18,798 nucleotides of DNA from Promethearchaeota archaeon (GTDB lineage: Archaea > Asgardarchaeota > Lokiarchaeia > Sigyniarchaeales > SOKP01): the NCBI GenBank assembly GCA_011364975.1, contig RDOE01000061.1, forward strand, positions 1 to 18,798, written 5' to 3'. A model generated the notes under the pieces. The model saw only the letters and a list, made by a program, of their open reading frames with translations. It did not search any database and was not told the DNA's origin. Positions 8,002 to 16,618 of this stretch are shown here, piece by piece. The position numbers and the translations under genes were made by a program. Within the stretch, counting starts at the first letter, position 1; every line of letters begins with the position of its first letter.

Positions 8002-8230
8002 CATAAAATATAAGAAAATTATAATATAAATCAGTATAAATCGAAAATTATCCTAATTAGGTTTTTATCCATATTTATAATAAAATTTGTTCTAATAGAT
8101 TATAATTAATAAAATACAATATTCCAATTTGTAGGAATTAAAAAATATTGGAATAACCATGATTTTAGTAAAATCATTTAAAATATGTCCATACCAATAA
8201 CGAACTAAAAAAAATTAAAGGTATTAAAAC

Positions 8231-9655
8231 TTGAAATCGATTGAAAATGGGTTAAAGATAACAAAATCTGAAGAATTGAGTACGAGGAAAATGATATTAT
8301 TTTCCACGGGCTATTTCTTAAACACTTTCTTAATGTTAGCTTTTAATAATTATGTCTGGACGTTTTATGAAGGAGAATTCGGATTAATCGAAGTAACTTC
8401 TTTTTGGCCAATCTATATGGCTCTTGCAAATACGATTTTTACAATATGGAGTATAATAAGTAACCCTCTTTTGGGGTATTTAACGGATAAACCTATGAAA
8501 TGGACCAAAAAACGTGGTTTTCATACTCCATGGATAATTATTGGTGGTATCCCTTCAATTATTTTCTTTTTCTTACTCTTCACACCACCCAATGTCTCAG
8601 GGCCTAATAGTGTATTTATAGTCTTCATATACTATTTATTAATTGTAGCTATTTATGACACTTCTTATTCTATTCTTCAAACCCACTCCTTTGGTGCTTT
8701 TGCCGCTCATTTTAGGAGTGATAATGACCGCAGAAAAGGAGGAATATTAACTCAAGCTTTTACATTTTTAGCAAATTTTTTAGCAATTACTATATTTTCA
8801 CAAATCATTGATCCGGGTGTTCCAAGCACATTCACGAGTGCTGCTTTAGTAAGTGTAATCATATTAGCAATATCCCTTACTATTTTTTTACCGGGTTCAA
8901 AAGAATCTGAAATGATTAAGGATCGCTTTATTATGGGTTACAAAAATGCAAAAAAAGTTTCGTTTTTAAAAACAATGAAAATGGCATTAAAACAAAAAAA
9001 TTTTATGCTAGTGATCATATCATATATTTCTTTTATGATAGCCATGGGATTAGTAAATATGAACTCTGTTAATTTTGTTGATGATATCTTACATGAAGAG
9101 CAATATATACGATCAATTGGATCTATTCTGATGTTACTCGCTTCCCTTATAACTATGCCATTATGGGCTAAACTTGCAAAAAGAATTGGACATTCCAATA
9201 CTTATACTCTTGGTTTAATTTCTTTTGGAGTTAGTTTATTATTTTATTTCTTTATTATTAATACTTTTCAATTCTATATTTTAAGTATATTAGGAGGTAT
9301 CTCTGGTGCGTTATTCCTAATAATGTTATCACCCGTTCTAGCAGATTGTTATGATGAGATTACTGTAAAAACTAAAAAACATCATGAAACTACATTAGTA
9401 GGTATAAGAAATGTATTTGTAAGAATTTCATTAACGGTTCAAAGTTTTATCGTAGCAATAATTCATGCGATTAGTTTTTACAATCCGAATGAGACTATTC
9501 ATAGCTATGAAGCGTTAATGGGACTTCGTATGATCCAAGGAATAATTCCTTTCGCTTTTTGTATTCTTGGAGCTTTGATTTTTTACAAATGGTTTGATTT
9601 AAAAGGAGAAAAAAAAATGAAGATGTTGCAAGATTTACAGGAGATTGGTTTATAG
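8231..9655 (+). CDS. MFS transporter, glycoside-pentoside-hexuronide (MelB-like) family
   Basis: 474 aa, TTG start, about 12 hydrophobic segments. NPLLGYLTD..KWTKKRG...PWI motif, second-repeat LAKRIG, and LADCYDE. Confidence 0.85.
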   Translation: MKSIENGLKITKSEELSTRKMILFSTGYFLNTFLMLAFNNYVWTFYEGEFGLIEVTSFWPIYMALANTIFTIWSIISNPLLGYLTDKPMKWTKKRGFHTPWIIIGGIPSIIFFFLLFTPPNVSGPNSVFIVFIYYLLIVAIYDTSYSILQTHSFGAFAAHFRSDNDRRKGGILTQAFTFLANFLAITIFSQIIDPGVPSTFTSAALVSVIILAISLTIFLPGSKESEMIKDRFIMGYKNAKKVSFLKTMKMALKQKNFMLVIISYISFMIAMGLVNMNSVNFVDDILHEEQYIRSIGSILMLLASLITMPLWAKLAKRIGHSNTYTLGLISFGVSLLFYFFIINTFQFYILSILGGISGALFLIMLSPVLADCYDEITVKTKKHHETTLVGIRNVFVRISLTVQSFIVAIIHAISFYNPNETIHSYEALMGLRMIQGIIPFAFCILGALIFYKWFDLKGEKKMKMLQDLQEIGL

Positions 9656-9674
9656 AATGTATTACGAATTAAAA

Positions 9675-10718
9675 TTAATAAGTCCCTATTTTTTCTATTA
9701 TGGTTTTCGCGATACCTAAATTGCGACTTGCCATAGTTATAGGTTCCCATGGCCATTCACAACCCGCTGCATACATATAATTACCTTTTGGCTTTCCAAT
9801 CTCAATTGTTGTAGATATTTCATTTATAATTTCTGTCAGGGGATGGGTGGGGTCCCCCAATATCGTAGTATTAGTATTTCCACGGATACAATTTGTACTT
9901 CCAATTTTTTGTTTGGCTATTTTTAAGTCAACCTGATAATCTAAATCTAATATTGCTGCATTAGTTTTTGATATTAATTTTAGCATATCTCTTCCCTCCT
10001 TATCAATCACAGAATTATCTCCGCAAACATGATATAAAACGGGTACTTTTTTTTGAATGGCTTCAAATAGATTTTTTGTCGCTTCTAGGCAAGATTTTTC
10101 ATACCTCATCGGACCAATTTGCGAAATTGCCGAGTCTCCTGCCCCTATAATATTAGCACCCTCCTCAATTTGCATTTTTGCGAATTCAATTTGAACGGGA
10201 ATAACACGATTAATTAAGTTCCTTATTTTTTTATCCCAATCAGAATTTTTACATAACATTAAAACATTTACTAAACCAAATAGACAATTAATTTCAGCAA
10301 ATGGTGCTTCGATCCAACCTATAATACACTGTTTACCACCTACTTTTTGATTTAATTTCTTTACAGAATTGACTCGATTCATAGTTCTTTGGTTAGATTC
10401 TAAATCTGGTTCTTCTATTGAATCAAATTCATCTATCTTTAAATGTGATTTAGCGGTAGGTGTATGACCCTTCCAATCAATTTCTATACCCCAAGCGTTT
10501 GCTTCACGGTATGCGTCTGTGGAGACATTTACATGGTCAATACCAAAAAAGTTCGAACACTTTATCTGAGCTTCAGCTAAAGTTTCCGGATATTCACAAT
10601 ATTCTCTATTATAGTCTAAATTCGCTAAAGTCGCTGCCAGATGCATAATAAAAGGATTAAAGGGGATCTTTTCAGGGATTCCTTTTATCGCTGATAGAGT
10701 TAATTCTAGAGAATTCAT
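9675..10718 (-). CDS. Uroporphyrinogen decarboxylase family protein, MtaA/CmuA-like methylcobamide methyltransferase
   Basis: 347 aa with EANAWG, GWIEAPF, QIEEGA.IIGAGDS, putative Zn ligands HVCG and C-terminal AAGCE, and IRGN. Confidence 0.78.
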   Translation of the reverse strand: MNSLELTLSAIKGIPEKIPFNPFIMHLAATLANLDYNREYCEYPETLAEAQIKCSNFFGIDHVNVSTDAYREANAWGIEIDWKGHTPTAKSHLKIDEFDSIEEPDLESNQRTMNRVNSVKKLNQKVGGKQCIIGWIEAPFAEINCLFGLVNVLMLCKNSDWDKKIRNLINRVIPVQIEFAKMQIEEGANIIGAGDSAISQIGPMRYEKSCLEATKNLFEAIQKKVPVLYHVCGDNSVIDKEGRDMLKLISKTNAAILDLDYQVDLKIAKQKIGSTNCIRGNTNTTILGDPTHPLTEIINEISTTIEIGKPKGNYMYAAGCEWPWEPITMASRNLGIAKTIIEKIGTY

Positions 10719-10871
10719 TTTACAAACTTAGCTTACTTCTTTTAATTATATATTGAGCATTCAAGGTATAAAAAAGGTTATATTTTTACAAATAAGTCCA
10801 TTAGCTTTTCATAAATTCTTTTAATATTGGTTTTTTTATAACAACTATAAATCCCTAATTGAAGTGATCAT

Positions 10872-11759
10872 ATGGTAATAGCAAAAGCAAATAATATTGA
10901 AATAGAATATGATACTTTTGGAAACCCATCATCTAAACCACTGCTACTAATTATGGGACTCGGTTCTCAGATGATAATGTGGGTTCCAGAATTTTGCGAT
11001 GCACTCGCAAAAGAAGGCTTTTTCGTAATTCGATTTGATAATAGAGATGTTGGTTTATCTACTAAATTTGACAATGCCGGAGTTCAAGATATAATGAAAG
11101 TAATTAATGCTGCTCAACGAGGAGACCCTATTAATGCGCCTTATACTTTAAACGATATGGCTGATGATGCGGTTGGACTTTTAGACTTTCTTAAAATAGA
11201 GAAAGCCCATATATGTGGTGCATCAATGGGAGGGATGATAGCTCAAACTATGGCAATCCGACACCCTTCAAGAGTATTAAGCTTAACCTCAATTATGAGC
11301 TCAACAGGTAATCCTAATTTACCCCAACCCAAACCAGAAGCTATGCAGGCTTTAATAATTCCTGCTCCAAAAGAAAGGAGTGCTTATATAAAGCATATAG
11401 TAAAAATGGGAAAGATCTTATATGGTTCTGGCTTTCCTTATGATGAAGAATTACGAAGCGAACTAGCAGGAAAAGCTTATGACAGATGCTTTTATCCAGC
11501 CGGTTTTAACCGTCAAATGGTTGCGATACTAGCAAGTGGAAGCAGAAAAGATGCACTTAAATCCCTTAAAATCCCTACACTCGTAATACATGGTGGAGAT
11601 GATCCTCTCGTACCTCTTGAAGGTGGAAAAGATACAGCTGAATCGATTCCTAATGCAGAATTACTAGTAATAGATGGTATGGGTCATAGTTTACCCCCAG
11701 AAACATGGTCGCAAATAATTAGCGCTATTTTGAAAATTACTGAAAAAGTAAAAATTTAG
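10872..11759 (+). CDS. Alpha/beta fold hydrolase (esterase-like)
   Basis: LLLIMGLG, RFDNRDVGLS, nucleophile GASMGG, HGGDDPLVP (Asp) and GMGH (His). GTGAT RBS upstream. Confidence 0.9.
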   Translation: MVIAKANNIEIEYDTFGNPSSKPLLLIMGLGSQMIMWVPEFCDALAKEGFFVIRFDNRDVGLSTKFDNAGVQDIMKVINAAQRGDPINAPYTLNDMADDAVGLLDFLKIEKAHICGASMGGMIAQTMAIRHPSRVLSLTSIMSSTGNPNLPQPKPEAMQALIIPAPKERSAYIKHIVKMGKILYGSGFPYDEELRSELAGKAYDRCFYPAGFNRQMVAILASGSRKDALKSLKIPTLVIHGGDDPLVPLEGGKDTAESIPNAELLVIDGMGHSLPPETWSQIISAILKITEKVKI

Positions 11760-11883
11760 GAATTAGCTTTAAAAATTATTTTCCCTTTTTTTTAAATTCT
11801 CGGAATAATTTTAAGTTGACAAATTCTCTTTATAGATATAAAAGTATTTCTTTCTTTAAACACTAAATAATTAAATAATTTGG

Positions 11884-12327
11884 ATGAATCAAATGATCTT
11901 TCAGATTGATTTTTTAATCTTTAATATTTTATGGGTTATTATTTCTGTATTAGCAACAACCTTAGTAATATCTCTTCTACTTTTTAAGTTAGAGTCCAGA
12001 GAGAAAGTATTGGAACAAAAATATATGATAATATTATCGAGTTTTATAATTGTCTTATTTTTACCGTTATTTTTAGGGATAATAAATTTACTTTTAGAAA
12101 TTTTGGGGGATGTGTTGACTTTACTACGATTAGATCATGGTGGAAACAATTACCTTATATCATTTGTTCCAATAATGGGTTTGCTATTAATTTTCGGTTT
12201 AATTAAATACTTTCTTAACATTAATTGGGAAATCTCATTATGGATATCTTTACCGGTCTTATTTGTTCTTTATATAATTTATTCACTTATACCAGAATAC
12301 TATCAATTTTTCGGTTTTGGATTATAA
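11884..12327 (+). CDS. Hypothetical integral membrane protein (about 4 TM helices)
   Basis: 147 aa ORF with four long hydrophobic stretches. No family recognised. Confidence 0.65.
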   Translation: MNQMIFQIDFLIFNILWVIISVLATTLVISLLLFKLESREKVLEQKYMIILSSFIIVLFLPLFLGIINLLLEILGDVLTLLRLDHGGNNYLISFVPIMGLLLIFGLIKYFLNINWEISLWISLPVLFVLYIIYSLIPEYYQFFGFGL

Positions 12328-12524
12328 TCAATAATTTTTGAAGATTGACTTAAATTTGAGTAGTATACCTAGAAATTGTAATTAAGATATATGTATTTAG
12401 AAATGAGATTATTATTTCTTAATTCTTTGAATTTTTCTACAATTAATTTAGTATTAATATAAAGTTTTTTTAGAATGTTCTTTCTAATAAGCTTATAAGA
12501 ATTAGATAATGAAAGGAATGAAAT

Positions 12525-13910
12525 GTGAAATATCGCTTAGAAAAAGATATATTAGGCGAATTAGAGGTCCCAAGTGATGTTTACTGGGGAATAAATACTC
12601 AAAGAGCTATTCAAAATTTTAAAATAAGTGGTTGTACCTTTCCAGAGATTTTTATTTTTTCTTTAGCTCAATTGAAAAAAGCTTGCCTATTTTCTAATAC
12701 CGAACTGAAATTAATTGATAATAAAGTCAGTGAAGCAATTCTTAAAGCAATTAATGAAATATTATTAGAAAAAAAGTATTTAAACCAATTTCCGATTGAT
12801 ATCTTTCAAACAGGGAGTGGGACTCAAACTAATATGAATATAAATGAAGTGTTAGCAAATCGTGCAAATGAATTACTTGGCTTTCCATTAGGAAAAAAAG
12901 AGCCTGTCCATCCTAATGATCATATAAATAAAGGACAATCATCCAATGATGTTATTCCAACTACGATGCATATTTCTGCTCTGTATATGCTAACTAAAAA
13001 GTTGTTACCTTCAATGAGTAAATTAATTGAAGCGTTAATTAGCAAAATTAATGACTTTAACGATATTATTAAAGTAGGGAGAACTCACCTTCAGGATGCT
13101 GTACCTCTTCCGTTAGCAATGGAATTTGAAGTGTATAAAAAGCAAATAGAAACCAGTAAAAAAAGAATAGAAAACGCGTATGAAGAGCTTTATGAAGTCC
13201 CGATTGGAGGTACAGCAGTAGGGACAGGTCTAAATAGTCATGAAGATTTCTCTAAATTAACAATTAAATATCTTTCACAAATCACCAGTTTTCCTTTCCG
13301 CGTTAATTCCGTGAAAGCGGAAGGAATCTCTTCTCATAATACTATAAGCCGTGTTAGCAGTGATCTCAGATTATTAGCGTTGTCCCTCCTAAAAATGGCA
13401 AATGATATTAGATGGATGGGAAGCGGTCCTCGTGCCGGACTTGGTGAATTGATTTTACCTCAAAATGAAGCAGGCTCCTCAATAATGCCTGGGAAAATCA
13501 ACCCTACTCAATCTGAAGCATTAATTCAAGTTTGTCTCAAAGTAATAGGTAATGATTATACAATATCTTTGGGAGAAGCATATGGTAGTAATCTCGACTT
13601 AAATGTATGCAAACCTTTAATGATATTCAGTCTTTTAGAATCTATTGAATTATTATCAAATTCTATTACTTCATTTGTAGATCATTGCCTATTAGATTTA
13701 AAAGCTAATATACCACGAATAAATTCACAATTGGAAAACTTGCTAATGGTGGTGACTAATCTAACTCCTCTACTTGGATATGAAAAATGTTCTACTATTG
13801 CCATTAAGGCATATGATGAGAATAAAAGTATAAAGGATGTAATAAAAGAAATGAAAATACAATTAGATGAGGATTTAGATGAGCTCCTAGATCCAAAGAA
13901 AATGGTCTAA
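12525..13910 (+). CDS. fumC: Class II fumarate hydratase
   Basis: GTG start. Motifs YWGINTQRA, QTGSGT..NMN.NEV, HPNDHINKGQSSND, GRTHLQDA, SGPRAGLGE and signature GSSIMPGKINPTQSE. Confidence 0.92.
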   Translation: MKYRLEKDILGELEVPSDVYWGINTQRAIQNFKISGCTFPEIFIFSLAQLKKACLFSNTELKLIDNKVSEAILKAINEILLEKKYLNQFPIDIFQTGSGTQTNMNINEVLANRANELLGFPLGKKEPVHPNDHINKGQSSNDVIPTTMHISALYMLTKKLLPSMSKLIEALISKINDFNDIIKVGRTHLQDAVPLPLAMEFEVYKKQIETSKKRIENAYEELYEVPIGGTAVGTGLNSHEDFSKLTIKYLSQITSFPFRVNSVKAEGISSHNTISRVSSDLRLLALSLLKMANDIRWMGSGPRAGLGELILPQNEAGSSIMPGKINPTQSEALIQVCLKVIGNDYTISLGEAYGSNLDLNVCKPLMIFSLLESIELLSNSITSFVDHCLLDLKANIPRINSQLENLLMVVTNLTPLLGYEKCSTIAIKAYDENKSIKDVIKEMKIQLDEDLDELLDPKKMV

Positions 13911-13925
13911 ATGGGTGAAATGATC

Positions 13926-14981
13926 ATGACTATAGAAAATATGTCATTGGAGGAAATACGAGAAATTGCTAAAAGTAAATTAATGGGTATCTGTGGTGTC
14001 TATAAGGACTGCGATGGGAGCCCTATGAGGATTTGTCAAGGTCAAAGTTATGGGAAACCTCTAAAATTCGGAGGAATTGGAAGTGGTGCAAGCTTTAATA
14101 ATAACTTTCTAGCTTTGAAGAATTATCACCTTAAAATGAAAGTTATTGGAGAACACTTTGAACCTGATACCTCCTATGAATTTTTTGGTAATAAATTATC
14201 TATGCCGATCATGGGAGCAAGTGTAGCAGGAGTGAATAGTTTTGGTGGGGAAAGTGTAATCTCTGAAAAAGAATTTTGTCGGGCGGTAGTATTAGGTTGT
14301 AAAGAAGCGGGAACTGTTGGTTGGAGGGGAGATACATACACTTATTCACTTGAAAAAACATTTGGATTAGATGCTATTAGAGAAACGGGTGGATGGGGTG
14401 TTAAAATTGTTAAACCAAGAGATCAAGACATGATTATGAAATTGTATCACATGGCAGAAAAAATTGGATGTATAGCCGTTGGAACAGATGTGGATGGGTG
14501 TGAATCATTCGCTATGACTACTCATAATCAACCAGTATTTAGAAAAAGTGTTGATGATCTTAAAGAATTAGTTTCATCCACCAAATTACCTGTTATCATT
14601 AAAGGCATTATGAGTGTTGAGGATGCCCTGATTGCACAAGAAGCAGGAGCTGCAGCAATTGTCGTATCAAATCATGGAGGTAGAGTGTTAGATCATACTC
14701 CGGGAACTGCTAGTGTCTTACCTGTAATTGTACAAAAGGTTAAAAATAAACTTCACATTTTCGTTGATGGAGGCATAAGAACCGGTTATGATGTATTAAA
14801 AATGCTTGCTTTAGGAGCAGACGCTGTATTAATTGGTCGTGATATGGTAAGAGCTGCTGTGGGTGCAGGTATTTATGGTGTAAAAACTCATATGGAATAT
14901 TTAAAACAAACACTTTCTAAAGCAATGAAAATGACTAATTGTAAATCTTTAAATGATATTTCTCAAGATATCATAAGCTAA
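13926..14981 (+). CDS. FMN-dependent alpha-hydroxy acid oxidase/dehydrogenase family protein
   Basis: TDVD, IIKGI, catalytic SNHGGRVLD, DGGIRTG.DVLK.LALGA.AVLIGR. In-frame ATGs at 13911, 13920 and 13926; 13926 is chosen for its GGTGA RBS 7 nt upstream. Confidence 0.88.
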   Translation: MTIENMSLEEIREIAKSKLMGICGVYKDCDGSPMRICQGQSYGKPLKFGGIGSGASFNNNFLALKNYHLKMKVIGEHFEPDTSYEFFGNKLSMPIMGASVAGVNSFGGESVISEKEFCRAVVLGCKEAGTVGWRGDTYTYSLEKTFGLDAIRETGGWGVKIVKPRDQDMIMKLYHMAEKIGCIAVGTDVDGCESFAMTTHNQPVFRKSVDDLKELVSSTKLPVIIKGIMSVEDALIAQEAGAAAIVVSNHGGRVLDHTPGTASVLPVIVQKVKNKLHIFVDGGIRTGYDVLKMLALGADAVLIGRDMVRAAVGAGIYGVKTHMEYLKQTLSKAMKMTNCKSLNDISQDIIS

Positions 14982-15042
14982 TAATCTTAAAGATTATATA
15001 ACTAAATATACGCAGTATAAATAAAGTAATACAACCAGCTTT

Positions 15043-15336
15043 TTACTTTTTCCTTTTCTTTTTTTTCTTACGTTTATCTTCAGGTTCAGGAGTTACATCA
15101 ACATCGATTTCTGCGACAATAAATGCTAAGTAAATAGGAGGTGCATTTGAATAACGATTGTCATTAAATATATTAAACTTGATATCTCTTATATGGCAGT
15201 ATTTTTCGCTAGTTTGTAAAATTTGGAGATTTCTATTAACCGCTTGGGCAAAATCTGATGGCTCATCATATGTTCCCCCTACTGCATATATCTGTTCTAT
15301 TCTAACAATCTTTTTCTCTTCGGGTAACTCTTCCAT
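15043..15336 (-). CDS. Small hypothetical protein with polybasic C-terminal tail
   Basis: 97 aa ORF with a globular-looking core and the tail PEPEDKRKKKKKRKK. Confidence 0.7.
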   Translation of the reverse strand: MEELPEEKKIVRIEQIYAVGGTYDEPSDFAQAVNRNLQILQTSEKYCHIRDIKFNIFNDNRYSNAPPIYLAFIVAEIDVDVTPEPEDKRKKKKKRKK

Positions 15337-15479
15337 GATTAACGAAATATTTTTTTTTACTATATTTTAATTACTTAATTTGTTCTATTAAACTATTTTG
15401 GTCTAAATGATAATCATGAATTAACCTAAAAAACTAAATAACTTATTTTGTTCTTTCTAACCGTTTCATGAATATAAGA

Positions 15480-16400
15480 TTAAATCAAAACTAAACCTCT
15501 GTAATAATGTATAGCATTTATTACTGAATTTAAAATTGTATCTTTTAAAGTTTCCACTTTAGAGAACTCTTTATAAATATTTTGCCATAAGATATCCCTA
15601 ATATAACTGGGATTATCAAGATAATTTTCATTTTGTTTAAATAACTCCATCCATTTGTAATATGTTTCAACAGAACCATTAATAAAATCAGCTATATTTC
15701 GTTCTGTGAATACTCCGAAATGTGCAATACATAAATAATCCAAATTAAAAGATTGAATTTTTTTAATAGACTCAAGGTATTCACTTTTATTCCAAAAAGC
15801 ACTATTAGCATTACAGATGAAGAAGTCCGGAAACCAAGACATTCCAATTGTATCACCAACAAACATTGAATTATTTTTTTCGTCGTAGATCGAAATATGA
15901 TCTATCATATGTCCTGGTGTTTCAATAATTTTTAACGAGAAATTTTTACCAATTTCAATAATTCCTTCATCCTTTATTGGAATAATTCCTTCAAGATTTG
16001 GTAGTTTCATTGCATAACGTTCTTCAGCTACGAAGCATGTGTTATAAGATTGATCCCTTAAATAGGGAATTGCTTTCTCTGAAGCGTATATTTCAATTGG
16101 ATTTCCCAATTCCTTTTCAACCTTATCTCGGAAAAATATTACACCCTGAGTATGATCCCAGTGGGAATGAGTTATAATTATTTTTTCTAAAGGCCACCCT
16201 CCTAGCTTTTTAAGAGCATTAAATATACTTCTAGCACCACTCTGTGTAGCTGGATTAATTAAACAATTGTGTCCATCATTGGTTCTAATTAAATAAGCGG
16301 AATTACCAAATCTAATTTTTTTCCCTTCTAAATCCTTAAAAACGGCATCAATTAACCATGTGTTAGTATTAAATTTTCCAGGGGTAAATATATGTACCAA
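15480..16400 (-). CDS. MBL-fold metallo-hydrolase
   Basis: THSHWDH (HxHxDH), TPGHM.DH, FVGD and AHFG. TTG start preceded by a GAGG RBS. Confidence 0.88.
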   Translation of the reverse strand: MVHIFTPGKFNTNTWLIDAVFKDLEGKKIRFGNSAYLIRTNDGHNCLINPATQSGARSIFNALKKLGGWPLEKIIITHSHWDHTQGVIFFRDKVEKELGNPIEIYASEKAIPYLRDQSYNTCFVAEERYAMKLPNLEGIIPIKDEGIIEIGKNFSLKIIETPGHMIDHISIYDEKNNSMFVGDTIGMSWFPDFFICNANSAFWNKSEYLESIKKIQSFNLDYLCIAHFGVFTERNIADFINGSVETYYKWMELFKQNENYLDNPSYIRDILWQNIYKEFSKVETLKDTILNSVINAIHYYRGLVLI

Positions 16401-16410
16401 TTTAATTTCC

Positions 16411-16563
16411 TCAATAAATATAAAGCATTATTAAAAAAAAAGAATATAATTTTTGCTTTTTATGATTTGACAATCTAAAGAAAAATGTTAATATGGATAG
16501 AGTAATTCCAAATCCAGTGATTACAAACCATAAAATTTTATTCAAATTCCGCCAAATCCCCAT
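16411..16563 (-). CDS. Possible 50-aa small membrane protein or gene remnant
   Basis: Manual translation: MGIWRNLNKILWFVITGFGITLSILTFFFRLSNHKKQKLYSFFLIMLYIY*. It is below the ORF track size cut-off and may be spurious. Confidence 0.2.
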   Translation of the reverse strand: MGIWRNLNKILWFVITGFGITLSILTFFFRLSNHKKQKLYSFFLIMLYIY

Positions 16564-16584
16564 TCCATTATAAACTTCAAGAGT

Positions 16585-16605
16585 AAAACAGGGAAATGCT
16601 GTTTT
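16585..16605 (-). terminator. Short stem-loop downstream of the methyltransferase gene
   Basis: AAAACAG-7 nt-CTGTTTT inverted repeat 13 nt after the stop codon; the stem is weak. Confidence 0.25.
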
Positions 16606-16618
16606 TAATAATGATAAT

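Noticed and set aside
5992-8004. TAG recoding (e.g. pyrrolysine) giving one ORF: MGDL-TAG-sucC-TAG-sucD-TAG
   Set aside because: All three TAGs fall exactly at normal protein boundaries and none interrupts a conserved domain anywhere in the window. The MFS and hydrolase genes also end plausibly at TAG, and no pyl genes are present here.
2697-10648. Short ORFs at 2697, 3345, 6517, 7238, 8938, 9968 and 10460
   Set aside because: All are antisense shadows inside well-supported genes and have no recognisable motifs.
12525-13910. Aspartate ammonia-lyase instead of fumarase
   Set aside because: QTGSGT, SGPRAGLGE and NPTQSE are FumC-type; aspartases typically show QGGAGTS and NPVIPE.
15158-15370. 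70-aa plus-strand ORF
   Set aside because: Antisense to the more protein-like 97-aa ORF.
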